Notes: a model not told the origin generated them from the letters alone. Shown: positions 34,010-46,903, counted from the stretch's first letter. The stretch is 64,000 nucleotides of DNA from Perkinsela sp. CCAP 1560/9 (GCA_965644495.1 CBFFSA010000001.1:3782001-3846000), one strand, 5' to 3'. Numbers and translations are program-made.

Positions 34010-34359
34010 CTGCAACATAGGACAAGATGGGTAACACTTTCAGATTCTGTGTTGCGGCAAAGGCTACCATCCGTGCGTACACTGTGTAACGTCATCTTAT
34101 TCTACTCAAACACAGGCGCGAAGCGAGCTCAACGATCTGCACATCGTTTCTTTACATTTTACACTCTTTTTGGGTTGAGAGCTTGCATGTTTGCCTTTTC
34201 CCTTTACCTTGAAGGTCTTTTCACCACGAAGTCCGTCATGTCTTGGTTTTTTTCATAAGCAATGATACGGTAAGTCCTCATCTTTTTGTCTTTTCAATCC
34301 TAAAAAAGATGTACCTTGAAGTGCTTTCTAATCTTCATACATCACTTCCCCACCCCAAA

Positions 34360-35599
34360 ATGCTACCCCGCAAAATTCTCGTCTTCGGCGCCAACGGCTT
34401 TCTTGGCTCCCACATTATTCAGGAAGCCCACCGCCTCTCCTGCATGACCCCACCCCCCACATCCCCTCCTCCCACCCCCTCCGAAAACGCACCCTCCGAA
34501 AAAACACCCCCTCGAAACCCTACCCCTCCCGGCACCCCCACCCTCCCCTTCCCCCCGCTCACCCTCGTCGGGTTAAGCCGACGGGGCGCACCGAGCTCCG
34601 GTCCCCTCACTACCCCGCCCTTTGCCTCTTCCGATTCTTCTTCTCCTTCTTCTTCTTCTCCTCCTTCTTCCCCTTCTCCCCCCGCTGCCTTCTCCCTTAC
34701 CTGGGAGTGCTGTGACGCCAGCCACCCCCCCCGACCTCCACGCCGCCCTCTCCCGTCACCCCGACGCCTCCGCGGTGATCTCCTGCATCGGGTGCTTCGC
34801 CTCCACCGCGTCCGTGACCCGGCAGGGCAACGCGCTCCCCAATGTGAACCTCGCACGCGCGATCTACACACAGGGGCTGGGCCGTTGTGTAGATCATAAG
34901 AATAAGAATAAAGATAAGAATAAAGAAGGTAATGAAGAGAAGGCTAAAGAAATGAATAAAGAAAATACGAAAGAGAATATTGAAAATACGAAAGAGAGTA
35001 TTGAAAATACGAAAGAGAATATTGAAAATACGAAAGAGAGAATTGAAAATACGAAAGAGAATATTGAAAATACGAAAGAGAATATGTTTGTAAAGAAAAA
35101 CAAAGAAAAGGAGAGCGCTCACGATAGTGCTGGTCCTCCTCATCTTCGTAAAATGGTCTACATCTCTGCGGTCCAGTTCATCCGTCCGCTTCACCCTGTT
35201 TTAGGGATTCGCCTTCTCCCCCCTCTCCAAATCCTGCGGGGTTACTACGAGGGCAAACAAGAGGCGGAGGCGGCGGTGAGGACACTGGGCCCCGCCGAGG
35301 GGTTAGTGCTGCGACCCGGGATGATTTACGGGAGGCGTAGAGTTACGGAATCCGGGTGGGAGATCCCGCTGCAGTGGGTAGGGGGGCCACTGCGGGCGGT
35401 GCTGTCCCCGATGTACGCCCAATGTAACGGGTGTAGCGCCCTGACCCCTCCGATTTCCGCACAGGAGGTCGCGAGGGTGGCCCTGTTTGGGGCGCTGCTG
35501 GCCTCCCCACGGTTGCAGGGGACGATGGAGGTGGGGGAGATGGTGGAGGTGGGGGGGAAGGGGTGGGGAGAGGTGGCGAAGGGGGCGAGGTGGGTGTAG
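34360..35599 (+). CDS. Atypical SDR / NAD(P)-binding epimerase-fold protein (COQ11/NDUFA9-like) with low-complexity insertions, +1 frameshift in the C8 run at 34725-34732
   Basis: KILVFGANGFLGSHI, LSRRG, AVISCIG, YISA, YYEGKQEAE, LRPGMIYG.R, PL.WVGGPL. Confidence 0.82.
34961..35083 (+). repeat. 21-bp coding tandem repeat (ENTKENI)n, about 6 copies
   Basis: GAAAATACGAAAGAGAATATT repeated. Confidence 0.95.
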
Positions 35600-36036
35600 T
35601 GTGGGGAAGGGGGGGTAGAAATGGGAGGAAAGAAATGGGGGTGGTTGTACAAAGATTGACTGAAATGATGTATGAAAGTCATTGTGGCTACTAGAGACAA
35701 TTCTATCAGGGAAGTTCCTGTACATATTGTACCCCGAGTAAAAAATTAGCTCCTGTACATAAAACATTTTGCTTGTACATTTTACATGTACATGTAGATG
35801 AATATTCTAATCGTGATGAGTTACCATACAATAAGTTCAAATCAAAATATATGGAAATACTGGTGACGATAGGTAAGCATCCCGCTTCATTGCGTAAATC
35901 TATAATTCGCCAGGTATGCTTGTATAAAAACGCATACTTTTCTGTCTCATGCGTGTACAGGCGTGTACAGGATTGACGATTCATTTTTATCAACTAGCCT
36001 TCTAAATATTTTTACCATTTCGTGTGTCGTATCCTC

Positions 36037-36654
36037 ATGTGTGATTTGCAGTTGCTGTATGGTCATAAGTACCCTAAGATACTTGACTGCTCCGACACAA
36101 CTAGTAAAATTACGAAAGCTGGAAAAATAAGAGGTATGCAACTGCCTCTAGAGTACGATCTTGAACGCATGGTAAGTAACATAGAGAATCCTCTTCCCTC
36201 TTGGAATGCATCTGTACCTGCACACAAGTGGAAAGGAGTTATCTGTTCCGGGGACGCCATACTAAAATTTGAAGCTGAGAGCAAATTATTGCGCGGGACA
36301 CTTTCATGGAGTACACTCCTACGATCGCTAACTCGATTATCGGTGTATAGTAACAAACTCAGTGGAGACATTGAACTGGAAAATCTCCCCCCAAAACTCA
36401 GCTCGTTAAACGCTTCGTACAATCGTTTTACTGGTAACGTTGATCTTTGCAACCTTCCAGTGACACTAAATGCGTTGATACTCTCGGAGAATGAGTTATA
36501 TGGCCACGTAACGTTTACCAATCTTCCTTCTGTAATCGTAAGTCTTTCATTGCGCAACAACGTCGAACTTACTGGTACAGTACACTTGCATTTGTTGCCG
36601 ATAAGCATAAGATACAAGACTTTTACGAACACAAAAATTACAGTGTTGGATTGA
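36037..36654 (+). CDS. Small LRR protein
   Basis: SD..KAGKIRGMQLPLEYDL, PAHKWKGVIC, LRRs. Confidence 0.88.
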   Translation: MCDLQLLYGHKYPKILDCSDTTSKITKAGKIRGMQLPLEYDLERMVSNIENPLPSWNASVPAHKWKGVICSGDAILKFEAESKLLRGTLSWSTLLRSLTRLSVYSNKLSGDIELENLPPKLSSLNASYNRFTGNVDLCNLPVTLNALILSENELYGHVTFTNLPSVIVSLSLRNNVELTGTVHLHLLPISIRYKTFTNTKITVLD

Positions 36655-37193
36655 GCTTGCACATACAGTCTGCGTCATAATATTCCCCCCTCAGGAATAG
36701 AAACGGAAGATATTAAATGAAATGAAGCGGGGTAACCATGGCATGAATTTCTTTTTGATAACTTTTCGGGGATTTTCACAACCCAAACTGGTTTTTTTCT
36801 ATCCTAATGATAGACCTTACTAATGACATTAGTAATGCGGCGTGTCACGTGAATGCATCTGTATGTGACACATGAATACATGTGTGTTCTCACAATCAAG
36901 GCTTAAAAGGGAGTCTCATAATGAATCATCGTGATCCAAATCATCGCATTTTTTGTTGTTTTCAAGGCTACTATCATAATGGCTTTTTTCTTAGATGCGG
37001 CGGATAATATGCCTAAAGCGGCTCGGGTGCGTGGGGCATCCCTCCCGCAAGTTGGTTCCTCTGTGGAACCAACTGCGGTCAAAGTCAAGCATTATTTCAC
37101 ACTTTCAGAAAAATCTCATATTGACTGGTCATATTGACTTTTATAAAATTTATAGCACCTTAAACCTCTCTTCGAGTTATCTTAAACGCTAGC

Positions 37194-38177
37194 TTAAACA
37201 TATTCTAGAACGATTTCCACGTTCTCGCAATACCACTTCACGTCTTGAAACAGGCGACGGAGGGCATGACCGTCTTGTTCTCCTCTTTTCAGCTTGCCGT
37301 TTACAACTTCTCCGGCGAACTTCAGCCGGTTGTCTCGCGCTTCTACTCCACTACCAAGTGTGCCGTTGCCCCGCATGCGGACTTCTTTTTTCAACATCCC
37401 GTTCATGCGCTCAGCAGTCTGAGTGTGCACCCCGGTGACAGGATCAACCCAGTGACGGCGATGGTTTACTGTTCCATGGTTGAGTCTGTTGCCCAAGGCA
37501 TTGCTGCCTCTCCATCCATCCGTGTGAACAATGGTACGTTCGCTTGCGGCCAGTTCAAACACAGGGTCATTAGTCGAGGAACTACGGCGGTCTTCCAGCG
37601 TGCTTACAAATATCTGCTCAGCTTTCCGAGAACGAGAGGTCTGTGTCAGGACGTTTGCCCAGGTTGATCCCCCTTGGCGAATGCGGGCTGGTCGGTTATT
37701 ACCCCCCCTTTTTGGCTTAGAAAAGCAAGTTTCGTCCTTCTGCATGATAGTAACAGTTCCTCGTGCAGCCGCAGTTCGCATTTCATGAACGGAAGCAACA
37801 ATACGTTCCAACTTTTTTGTCAATTCTGTGACAGTTTGACTACTTAAAAGTGTTTCCAGAGTCAGTTGATCACGACCATTGCCGTTCGCCATACCATATA
37901 GAACTTGAAGAATTTGGCTTGGTGTTCGGCGACCGAAGGAACTTAAGAGTGGCTCCATGTGGTATGTACGACTCCGACACAAACGATCGGGGCAGACCCA
38001 ATGATCGCCTTTCCGCAAGCAAATGCGAGTTTCATGCCGCTTGCTACAGATGACGCTCTGGAAAACAAGTTTGTGGCCTTTCAACCACTCGACAATATCA
38101 TTTTCGGGGGCGCGGGCGAGCACACTATAGCTAATACTGTCTGTACATTGGAAATTGGGGCAAAACGAGCAATCCAT
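37194..38177 (-). mobile_element. Merlin (IS1016/ISXO2-like) DDE transposase, intact ORF
   Basis: Zn-ribbon cysteines, QKDETCF, IVHTDGWR, H.TVNH..WVDPVTGVHTQTAE. TIRs not located. Confidence 0.9.
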
Positions 38178-38632
38178 CGAGAATGGTGCAGAAATATGCG
38201 AAAAATATCCTAAAAAACACTTTGTAAGTAAAATATGATCAAATGAGAACATCAACAAAAAAGTTTTTTTTTGTGAAATAATGTTTGACTTTCACCCCAA
38301 CTGCTTACCCATGGGCTCTGGAATGTGATCTTGAAAGAACGTCTCTTCCGAAATGACGATTCGGGGTTTCTTGTGTCTTGCTTTATACAGTATTACTACT
38401 AGTAGAGTTTACCTACTAGTAGTAGTGGGTAGTACTAGGATGTTCATATATTTCTTTTGTAAATATGGGGGACAGTACTATACCTCCCCCCTGTTTATCA
38501 GTTCCCCTAATTCTGGTACGCTTATGAGTTCCTTTTTCTAAGGTTTTTCTGAGGCCCGCTCACGTGGGCCCTCGCCATGCCCCCCCTTCGGCTTCGCAAA
38601 TTGCTTCTCACTAACGACGCCGCGTATGGCTG

Positions 38633-38709
38633 AAAATGTAACCGCAGGGAGTCGAACCTTCGACCACTAGATTATGAAGGTCAGGTCTTACCCACTGGAC
38701 TACCTGGGT
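38633..38709 (-). ncRNA. tRNA-derived Pol III-type sequence (CAT loop, pseudo-tRNA or SINE head)
   Basis: Minus strand GGTAGTCCAGTGGGTAAGACC..TTCATAA..GGTTCGACTCC..ACATTTT. T and acceptor stems are imperfect. A second B box on the + strand abuts it. Confidence 0.55.
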
Positions 38710-39268
38710 TCGAGTCCCGGGACCTACGTTTTTAAACACCGTGATTTGTGCCCAAATCGAGGATAGAGGGGGGACTGGGCCTTCTTTTCTCACCCTTCTG
38801 GATCCACCCTACCCCGGACACCATAAAGAAGGGAGAGGCAGAGGTTGTAAACAACACCCGCAATTTACGCAACATACGCAGAGCGTAAATTGAACGGCTA
38901 CGAGCTCCACCCACCTTCAAGTTCAGTAGAAGAACTAACGAGCTACGAGGCTCAACCAGGCACTATGGCGCATATAAGATTAATTATGTAATTTTTTCGC
39001 AGTCTGATAAAACAAAATACTAGTAGTATTTATCGTTCAATAGCGGGAGTTTTGGTGCGTAACTTTCAGTTTTTTACTCTCTTGCTGTCATCTAGATCAT
39101 CAGACCCCCTCTCATTATTCTTCGCTGGTGAAACCCTCACCCTTCACCAAGAAATACAAGCCCACACACCCACACATACACACTCATCGCTCTCGTCAAA
39201 TTTCTCCTTTCTTTCCTACACCTCTCTATCCCCCGTCCTCACATCCCCCCTCTCTCCTCTCCTCTCCC

Positions 39269-41812
39269 ATGACCATCGTCTCCGTCATCAAACGCAACCA
39301 CTCCACCCAACACCTCGAGCGCACCAAACTCCTCACCCGGGTCGCCCTCCTCACCTCCGATCTCGACACCCGCTACCTCGACACCCCCTCCCTGGTCGAC
39401 GCCGTCCTCGCCGGCACCTACCCCAACATCTCCACCGAGGCCCTGGATGAGCTCCTGGCACAAACCGCCGCCTCCCGATCCACCCAGCACCCGGACTACG
39501 GCAAACTCGCGGGTCGTCTCGCTCTCACGGCGCTCTATAAAACGACACCGGATACCTTCCTGGAAGCCATGACCGTGCTCTACAACTACACCAACCCCGT
39601 CACCGGTGAGCCCTCCCCCATTATCTCCCCTTTTATTTATAATCTCATAAAACAAAATGAAGCTCTGTTGCAAAACGCTCTACTGCCCTCCAATGATCTC
39701 AACTACGAGTACTTCGGGTACAAGACGTTGGAGCGAAGCTATCTGCTTCGGGTTGAAAAACAGGGGAAGCGGATTGTGGTGGAGCGCCCGCAGTACATGC
39801 TAATGCGTGTGGCGCTGGGGATTCACGGGGAGGACATGGAGGGGGTGGTGAAGGCCTATGGGTTACTCTCCCAAGGGTGGTTTACCCATTCCACCCCGAC
39901 GTTGTTTAATGCGGGAACCCCGGCCCCGCAGATGAGCAGTTGTTTTTTGCTCTCCACGGTGTCGGATTCGATTGCGGGGATTTATGACACGTTGCGACGG
40001 TGTGCGGTGATTTCGAAGAGTGCCGGGGGGATTGGGTTGCATGTGCATGAGATCCGGGCCGCGGGGTCGTATATTAAAGGGACGAACGGGACCTCGAATG
40101 GGCTGGTGCCGATGTTGCGGGTGTTTAATGACACGGCAAGGTATGTGGATCAGGGAGGGGGGAAGCGAAAAGGGGCGTTTGCGATTTATCTCGAGCCCTG
40201 GCATGCGGATATTTTTGACTTTCTCTCGTTGAAGCGTAACACGGGGAAGGAGGAGATGCGTGCGCGGGATTTGTTCTACGGGTTGTGGATTCCGGATCTG
40301 TTTATGAAACGGGTGCAGGAGAAGGGAACGTGGACGTTGTTTGACCCGAACACCGCACCAGGGCTTCCTGAGACGTACGGCGAGGAATTTGAAAAGCTGT
40401 ATGAGAAGTACGAACAGGAGGGGGTGGGGGTTCGTACGGTCCAAGCCCAGGAGCTGTGGTTTACGATTGTGGAGAGTCAAATTGAGACCGGTACTCCGTA
40501 CATGTTGTACAAGGATGCGTGCAATCGGAAATCCAACCAGAAAAATCTTGGCACCATCCAGTGTAGTAATTTGTGCACCGAGATTGTGGAGTACACCAGC
40601 CCGGAGGAAGTTGCAGTGTGCAATCTTGCTTCCATTGCGCTCCCCATGTACGTGCGAGAACAGGAACCAGCTCAAGGTGAGAGTACTAAAGATGCCACCC
40701 CTCTCCCTTACTTTGATTTTGAAAAACTGCGCAACGATGCCGCCTTTGTGACCATCTCCCTGAACCGTGTCATTGACCGCAACCACTACCCCGTCCAGGA
40801 GGCACGTCGGAGTAATCTACGACACCGTCCGATTGGGATTGGCGTCCAGGGTCTCGCAGACGCCTTTCTTCGCCTCCGACTCCCCTTTGCCTCCGCTGAG
40901 GCTCAAAAACTCAACGATGAAATTTTTGAAACTATTTATTTTGGCGCCGCCGAAGCCTCCTGTGAACTCGCTAAGCAGTTCGGCCCGTATGAGACATTCC
41001 CGGGTAGTCCTATGAGTCAGGGACAATTCCAGTTTGACTTATGGGGGGAGAAACCTCCCAGTGGTCGGTGGGACTGGGATGCGCTGCGGGTCCGAATCCA
41101 ACAGCACGGCATGCGAAATTCTCTGCTACTAGCTCCCATGCCTACGGCCTCGACATCTCAGATCCTTGGCAACAATGAGTGCTTTGAGCCTTTTACCAGT
41201 AACCTCTACGTGCGTCGTGTACTCAGCGGCGAGTTCCCTGTGGTGAATAAATATCTGGTACGGGATCTTATCCGACTGGGGATTTGGAATGAGGACACGC
41301 GGAACGCCATTATAGCCGCCAACGGCAGCGTGCAAACTCTCCCAAGCCTCCCACAGGAGTACAAGGAGCTCTACCGCACCGTGTGGGAAATCAAACAAAA
41401 GGACATTCTCGATATGGCCGTGGCCCGGGGGAAGTACATTTGCCAGAGCCAATCACTGAATCTGTTTTTGGAGACCCCCAGCAGCGCGCAAATCACCTCG
41501 ATGCACTTTTACGGCTGGAAGAAAGGGCTGAAGACCGGGATGTACTATTTGCGCTCCCGTCCGGCCGTGGATGCGATTAAGTTTACCGTCGATACCGCGC
41601 GACTCGAGGGGAAAGGATCTGTGGAGAAAAAAAAAGTGGCAGCCACGACCTCTCCCTCGAAAGTAGGCTCGAAACGTACGCAGCAGGAGAGGGAGGGGGG
41701 AGAAAGAAGTGATATTCGTTCTCCTCTCCGGCCCGGACCTCCGACAGTGGATGATGCCGCTCGTAGTGCAGCTGACGAGGAGGAGGGGGAGTGCCTGGCG
41801 TGTGGGTCGTAG
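39269..41812 (+). CDS. RNR1: Ribonucleoside-diphosphate reductase large subunit (class Ia)
   Basis: ATP cone, [60 protein letters not shown]-terminal CLACGS. Confidence 0.98.
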   Translation: MTIVSVIKRNHSTQHLERTKLLTRVALLTSDLDTRYLDTPSLVDAVLAGTYPNISTEALDELLAQTAASRSTQHPDYGKLAGRLALTALYKTTPDTFLEAMTVLYNYTNPVTGEPSPIISPFIYNLIKQNEALLQNALLPSNDLNYEYFGYKTLERSYLLRVEKQGKRIVVERPQYMLMRVALGIHGEDMEGVVKAYGLLSQGWFTHSTPTLFNAGTPAPQMSSCFLLSTVSDSIAGIYDTLRRCAVISKSAGGIGLHVHEIRAAGSYIKGTNGTSNGLVPMLRVFNDTARYVDQGGGKRKGAFAIYLEPWHADIFDFLSLKRNTGKEEMRARDLFYGLWIPDLFMKRVQEKGTWTLFDPNTAPGLPETYGEEFEKLYEKYEQEGVGVRTVQAQELWFTIVESQIETGTPYMLYKDACNRKSNQKNLGTIQCSNLCTEIVEYTSPEEVAVCNLASIALPMYVREQEPAQGESTKDATPLPYFDFEKLRNDAAFVTISLNRVIDRNHYPVQEARRSNLRHRPIGIGVQGLADAFLRLRLPFASAEAQKLNDEIFETIYFGAAEASCELAKQFGPYETFPGSPMSQGQFQFDLWGEKPPSGRWDWDALRVRIQQHGMRNSLLLAPMPTASTSQILGNNECFEPFTSNLYVRRVLSGEFPVVNKYLVRDLIRLGIWNEDTRNAIIAANGSVQTLPSLPQEYKELYRTVWEIKQKDILDMAVARGKYICQSQSLNLFLETPSSAQITSMHFYGWKKGLKTGMYYLRSRPAVDAIKFTVDTARLEGKGSVEKKKVAATTSPSKVGSKRTQQEREGGERSDIRSPLRPGPPTVDDAARSAADEEEGECLACGS

Positions 41813-42311
41813 AAATGTTTCAAAAAGAAAGGGGGTTTTAGAAGGAAAAGAATTACTCGCTTGTGTAAATGTTTGAACAGCGTATGGGTGGGGTTCGGTT
41901 TGCAATAAATTCGGTGGGAAAGTGGAATAAGAAATAGAAAGGACTCGAATGTATTAAGATGGGGAGGAAACAGCAGATGTGACTGCAAAAAGTGTTATGA
42001 AATTATTTCATAAACGCTATTCCAAATAGCGTCAAAGTAGAGACCAATGTTGTAAATTTTAAAGCTCGAAAAATTGTAGTGGATAAAATAGAGATGAAAC
42101 AATCTTATTTTTCTCTTTCTTGTTTTACGATCATTCGAAACTTTTTCGAACTACCAAACTGACAAGCTATATTCATTCGGGAGATTATTGAACGTCCTTT
42201 ATGCATTGAATATGATGAAATGATGCAGAACTTTATGATTAACTTTTTTAACACATTTAATATACTTTTTTCCTTGTCCTTCATTTTTCTTCATTTTGAG
42301 GAACGCATATC

Positions 42312-42920
42312 ATGCCATGTTCATCTCTAGGTGGCATCTCCAGAGCTTCTTCAAGTGACGCATCATCATCACCTTCACGTGCCTCCAAAGTGCACCACTC
42401 GAATTTACCCCAGGAATATGAACTCGAGAAGCTTGTACAAGACATGGGAAACACTCCTCCCTCGTGGAATATCCACAACTCCCCCGGAAAATGGAATGGT
42501 GTAATTTGCTTTCAAAGTAATCAGGTGAGATCTCTTATCTGGTTAAACCTTGCGCTGAAGGGGACAGTAAATTTGTCCGCGCTCCCTCGCTCGCTTATTC
42601 ATGTGGATTTGTCCATGAACCAATTGGGTGGAGAGATCCAACTCGAGGAACTCCCTCCCAAGTTGTCCTGTTTAAATTTAAGTCTAAATCGATTTACGGG
42701 GTCGTTAAATTTAAATCTATTACCGCAGTCGTTGAGAGATCTGGATCTTTCTCGGAATCGTTTTTCTGGTCACGTAAATCTTGAAAAAATACCGCTAAAG
42801 TTGACACTACTTGACTTGAGTTGCAATAAAGAGCTCCAAGGGCACGTCAATGTCGCAAAGCTTTCGCCCGTATTGTGTCTCAGTACGCATGAAACAATGC
42901 TTGTTTGTACGAATTCCTGA
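42312..42920 (+). CDS. Small LRR protein
   Basis: SD..RASKV..LPQEYEL, W.GVIC cap, LRRs. Confidence 0.88.
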   Translation: MPCSSLGGISRASSSDASSSPSRASKVHHSNLPQEYELEKLVQDMGNTPPSWNIHNSPGKWNGVICFQSNQVRSLIWLNLALKGTVNLSALPRSLIHVDLSMNQLGGEIQLEELPPKLSCLNLSLNRFTGSLNLNLLPQSLRDLDLSRNRFSGHVNLEKIPLKLTLLDLSCNKELQGHVNVAKLSPVLCLSTHETMLVCTNS

Positions 42921-43175
42921 AGCGTTGGTCCGGGTAGATTGTGTTCCTTCGGAAATCGCATTTGTCTCATAGCCCCCGCCTCCTTTAAAAGTTTCGCTTA
43001 CTCTTAACAAACTACGCCTACGAGCTATCGAACTATTATTCTTAGTGCGGTTCACTACATGTTTAGAAATCACTGATTTGAATGATTTCCCATACACACT
43101 CATGCAGAAGTATTAATTAACCTTGTACCTCCTTTTTTGGAACATTTTTTTATTAGTTCATAGCCATTGGTACCA

Positions 43176-43764
43176 ATGTATGATTATTGCCTGGGATTGT
43201 TTGCCGCAGACCCAAGTTGCACCTCTGCACGGTTGGGTTGCGTAAGTGCTGCAATGTCGCAAGAATAGCGACTTTTACTGTTTCTTCAGAACGTGTCTAT
43301 TCTACATCCCTCGTGGGACTCACACACTCCTGCGTGTCAGTGGGATGGCGTGAGCTGCAATGAGGACGGAGAAGTAACAAGTATCGACTGGGCATCGAGA
43401 AAACTACAGGGAACTCTTGATTGGAAAAGTCTGCCGGAAAGTCTTCTTGAGCTGCGTCTCGATGCGAACAGGTTATCAGGTAGCATTGTTCTCAAAGACT
43501 TACCTCGCAAGTTGAAGTACTTCAGTGCGGGAACAAACCAATTTTCCGGAAGCATTAGTTACCTTGAGGACGCTCCAAAATCAATGGAGCGACTTTTTGT
43601 TGGTGATAATAATCTTTCAGGTCCTGTGCATTTCGCAGATTTTAACTTGGGTTTACTTGTCTCGGAATACAGGGCTCTCGGGCAGTGTATTCGTGTCAAC
43701 GTTACCTTGGGGGTTGCAATCCGGAAGCTTGAGCGTCGTTGGAATAGGCATACGTAAATACTGA
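43176..43764 (+). pseudogene. LRR-family pseudogene
   Basis: AADPS..RLGCV..SQE* with TAG at 43266, PACQWDGVSC, LRRs, and a frameshift near 43640. Confidence 0.8.
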
Positions 43765-43904
43765 AATAGATCAGTGTAAGTTAACCCAGGCACGTAGGGC
43801 GGGGTAAATACATACACACACATGTACAGGTGGGCATTGATCTTGCCCCTCCTGGAAAATTTTCATTTTTTGATGCGTGTCTGTTCTTTCTCTTTTTTTA
43901 AGTA

Positions 43905-44622
43905 CTGTGACCCCCCCCCCTTTATACTTCGCTGGTCAGATCCCCCCCTTTAGACTTCGCTGGTCAGATCCCCCCCTTTATACTTCGTTTTTCGTGTGTG
44001 CCCCCCCCCGAAGGGGGGGCATTTTTCAAATTTTAGTAATTTTTCTGAAAAGTTTAGGAAAAAAAACGGGAACGTTCCAAGCCTTTTCTTCTAGAAATGG
44101 GAGGTGATATAGAAGGAAAGACAGGAAAACTGGATGAGCCGCGCCGCGAAGCGGCGCGGCCTTCTTTTTTACACTTTTTTTACAGCGGGGGAAAAATTCA
44201 GACCCCCCCTTTATATACTCCTCTTCTCATTAATTTCTATGAATGCCATTCCTAGTTTTTCAGAAAAAAATTATGTTTTTGAAGAAAAAAACAGGAAAAA
44301 CTAGGATAAAGGGGAGAACATCACAGAAAACTTTGACCCTCACTTTCGACAAGGGCGTTAGATCTCACGTTCCGCAATAGCTTATAGCAGAAAAATAGCG
44401 TTTTTACATCAGGCAGAATCATTAATCGGGACTTTTTGCCTAACCATTCTCATTAATTTCTATAAATTTAAATTTAAATTTTCTTTTTTGTTATAATTTA
44501 TATTTATAGAAATTAATGATTTCGCTTCGCGGCGCCAATTTTTTTTTTATGTAGTGATTCAGACCCCCCCGTTTAAGCGCACTTTTCGCGGAAAACGAGT
44601 TGCCCTTAAACGGGGGGGACAG
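43905..44622. mobile_element. MITE with TA target duplication
   Basis: TA|CTGTGACCCCCC..TTTA .. TTAAACGGGGGGGACAG|TA, repeated TCAGA(T/C)CCCCCC motif, internal GCCGCGCCGC-GAA-GCGGCGCGGC hairpin. Confidence 0.7.
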
Positions 44623-45499
44623 TAATTATTAATGAGAGGGGGAGTAATTTCGTCAGCTTTCACATCACTCAAAGGAGAAAAGCGGACGAACTGAGCTTAA
44701 TAAATCCCGGCTCACAAAAAGTGACTCCCCCACTTTGTTGCATTTTGCAGATCTCAAGAGAATTTTGCGCGCCCAGGAACGGACTAAAACAAAGAGCAAT
44801 GAGCTTGTTTAGATTACAGTTACCAATTTGTCACTTACATACACTTCTCAAGACGAGCGTCAAAGCTTAACACCGTCCTATTGATCACTTTTTGTAGCAA
44901 TCTAGACCACTCGTTTTTTAAAAAGTGTCCGTAATAAGGGGTGGTCACAGTAAGTGGAAACGACCACTATTTTTGACTACGAACTAATTTTATTATGCTA
45001 TAATTTTATTTTGTTATGACTATTTTGACTCGTAACTAATTTGACGTTGTTTGTTCAACAGCGCATTTCTTAAATAGAACACATTCTGCACGTAAACATG
45101 TTTGTCCATAAAAAAGGCGACGCGAGACGGCGCCAAATTTGATTTTGCCCTTTTTTGAAGAGTTTTTTTCGGTTTTTTCATACTTAATGTACCCCCCCCC
45201 CTAGTTATCTGTCACCCACCCCCCACCCCCCCCCAGTTATCTGTGGCTTTTCGACACTTCGAATATTTTTTTTCGTCGACCACCCCCCCCCCTAGTTATC
45301 TGTCCTTTTTTTTCAATTTAGGGTACAGTTTGACTGCATATTACCCAATATTTTTTTATTCTTTTCTTTTTTATGAGCTGAAAACCGCGGGAACGTACAG
45401 ATCTCAAAATTGTGAACGAAAACGTGTTATGATAACCCTACCATCCCCCCTCATGCAAAAAATAAGGGGGTGCCTTATTGGTGGCCAGGTCTTTCTTTG

Positions 45500-46330
45500 C
45501 TTGGTGGCCAGGGCTCCCTTGGTCGTTTACGCACAGATCTTAGTAAAACTTACGGGTGAAGACTTTACCCGCAACTTTTACATTTTCCATCATTCGTACG
45601 CAATGCAACGAGTTCAGTATGTCAGGAGTACGTAGTACGTTACAGTAAAACTCCTCGCTGACATATCGTTTCCTGTGTTAGTACAATACGTTGTTAGGAG
45701 GCGTAACTTCTCAAGCGTGATTGACCCCCACGCTTGGGTTTCCAAGCAAAGACGTACTGCACCTGTTACAGGTGGTTTATACTGCGTTTTCGGGCTATGA
45801 GTCATTCTTTTCATCTCATTTTCACCTCAAGTTTCCACGCAAAAAAAATCGGTCAGCATACATATTCCTCAGGGCCGACATACGGCTGGACTGTATACCA
45901 CACATAATAGGATATGTTCTCCCTTCATCCGATCAATACGAGTGTCAACGGCAGCCCCAACATATGCATACTTATCGATGTCCGACTTGAGAATTTCCCA
46001 TAGCTCATCCGCGAGAACAGATTCACATTCTTGAAGTTTTCCGGTCTTTTTGAGGATAAGGGCTAGAAACTGTTCGATGGTGACATTTGGAGGCCATTGT
46101 TCCAGGAGCGACCGAACAAAAGTATGAAATTGCTGAGAAGGAGTGTTCATGAGAGCATGCATTCTGGGTACTATTCGTGTTGCGTAAAGTTCGGCTTCCC
46201 TTTCACACGACATAGCCATTTGAACAGCGTCAATTTTCTCCTTATCAATTCGAAGATCGCAGTGCTTACGATGTTGCTGATAATGATTACGAGTCTTATA
46301 ATGAGATTCATGCCCCATGCCGTCAACGTG
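45500..46330 (-). pseudogene. hAT-like transposase fragment (N-terminal half)
   Basis: HESHYK..YQQHRKHC and YVGAAVDTRIDRMKGEHILLCVVY, colinear with 54432-55424. Confidence 0.7.
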
Positions 46331-46903
46331 TATGGCCGTGACGGCAATTGAAAAAGAATACGTAAAGTAGATGAATAAATAAGTGGGCATGTAAATAATG
46401 AGTCAAGAATGAAATACAGGACCTTTGCTTTTCTATCATCCGCTTATTTCGGTAACTTATCGCTTTAATACTGTGTTTTAATTTTGATTTGCACTCTCCC
46501 CTCACACTTTCTCGTTTTTTGTTCACGAGAACGCCGGGCTTGGGACCGGTATCTAGCGTGTTTTTGGAGCTGTGATAATGGGGTTTTACATGTAGTTGTA
46601 AAAGTGGGGTTTTAGTTGTAAAAGTCGTGGTCAAAGCCCATTTGTTTTTTATTGCTTGATGAATTATGCCCATTGTTTAAGAATGCGAAATCCGAACATC
46701 CTCCCCGGAATGTTAAACCGGACTGTGGTTTAGTTTTTCTTTTTTTCAAAAGTCTGTGTCAACAGTATTAAACTGCTCTCCCTCTACGATCGATTCAGAC
46801 CCCACCTTCAAGTTTCCAGGGCTTTAGCGGAAAAATGTAGTTCCATTAGTGAAACAAAATCTTTGTGAGAGATCTCATGCCCTTCGGCAAGAACGGTAAT
46901 GTA

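Noticed and set aside
9290-38709. Functional tRNA genes at 9290, 10071 and 38633
   Set aside because: A/B boxes are present but acceptor and T stems do not pair into a cloverleaf.
26622-41812. Viral or giant-virus nucleotide-metabolism island (RNR plus dUTPase)
   Set aside because: Both look like ordinary eukaryotic/kinetoplastid enzymes, they are about 12 kb apart among host genes, and there is no capsid, packaging ATPase or polymerase.
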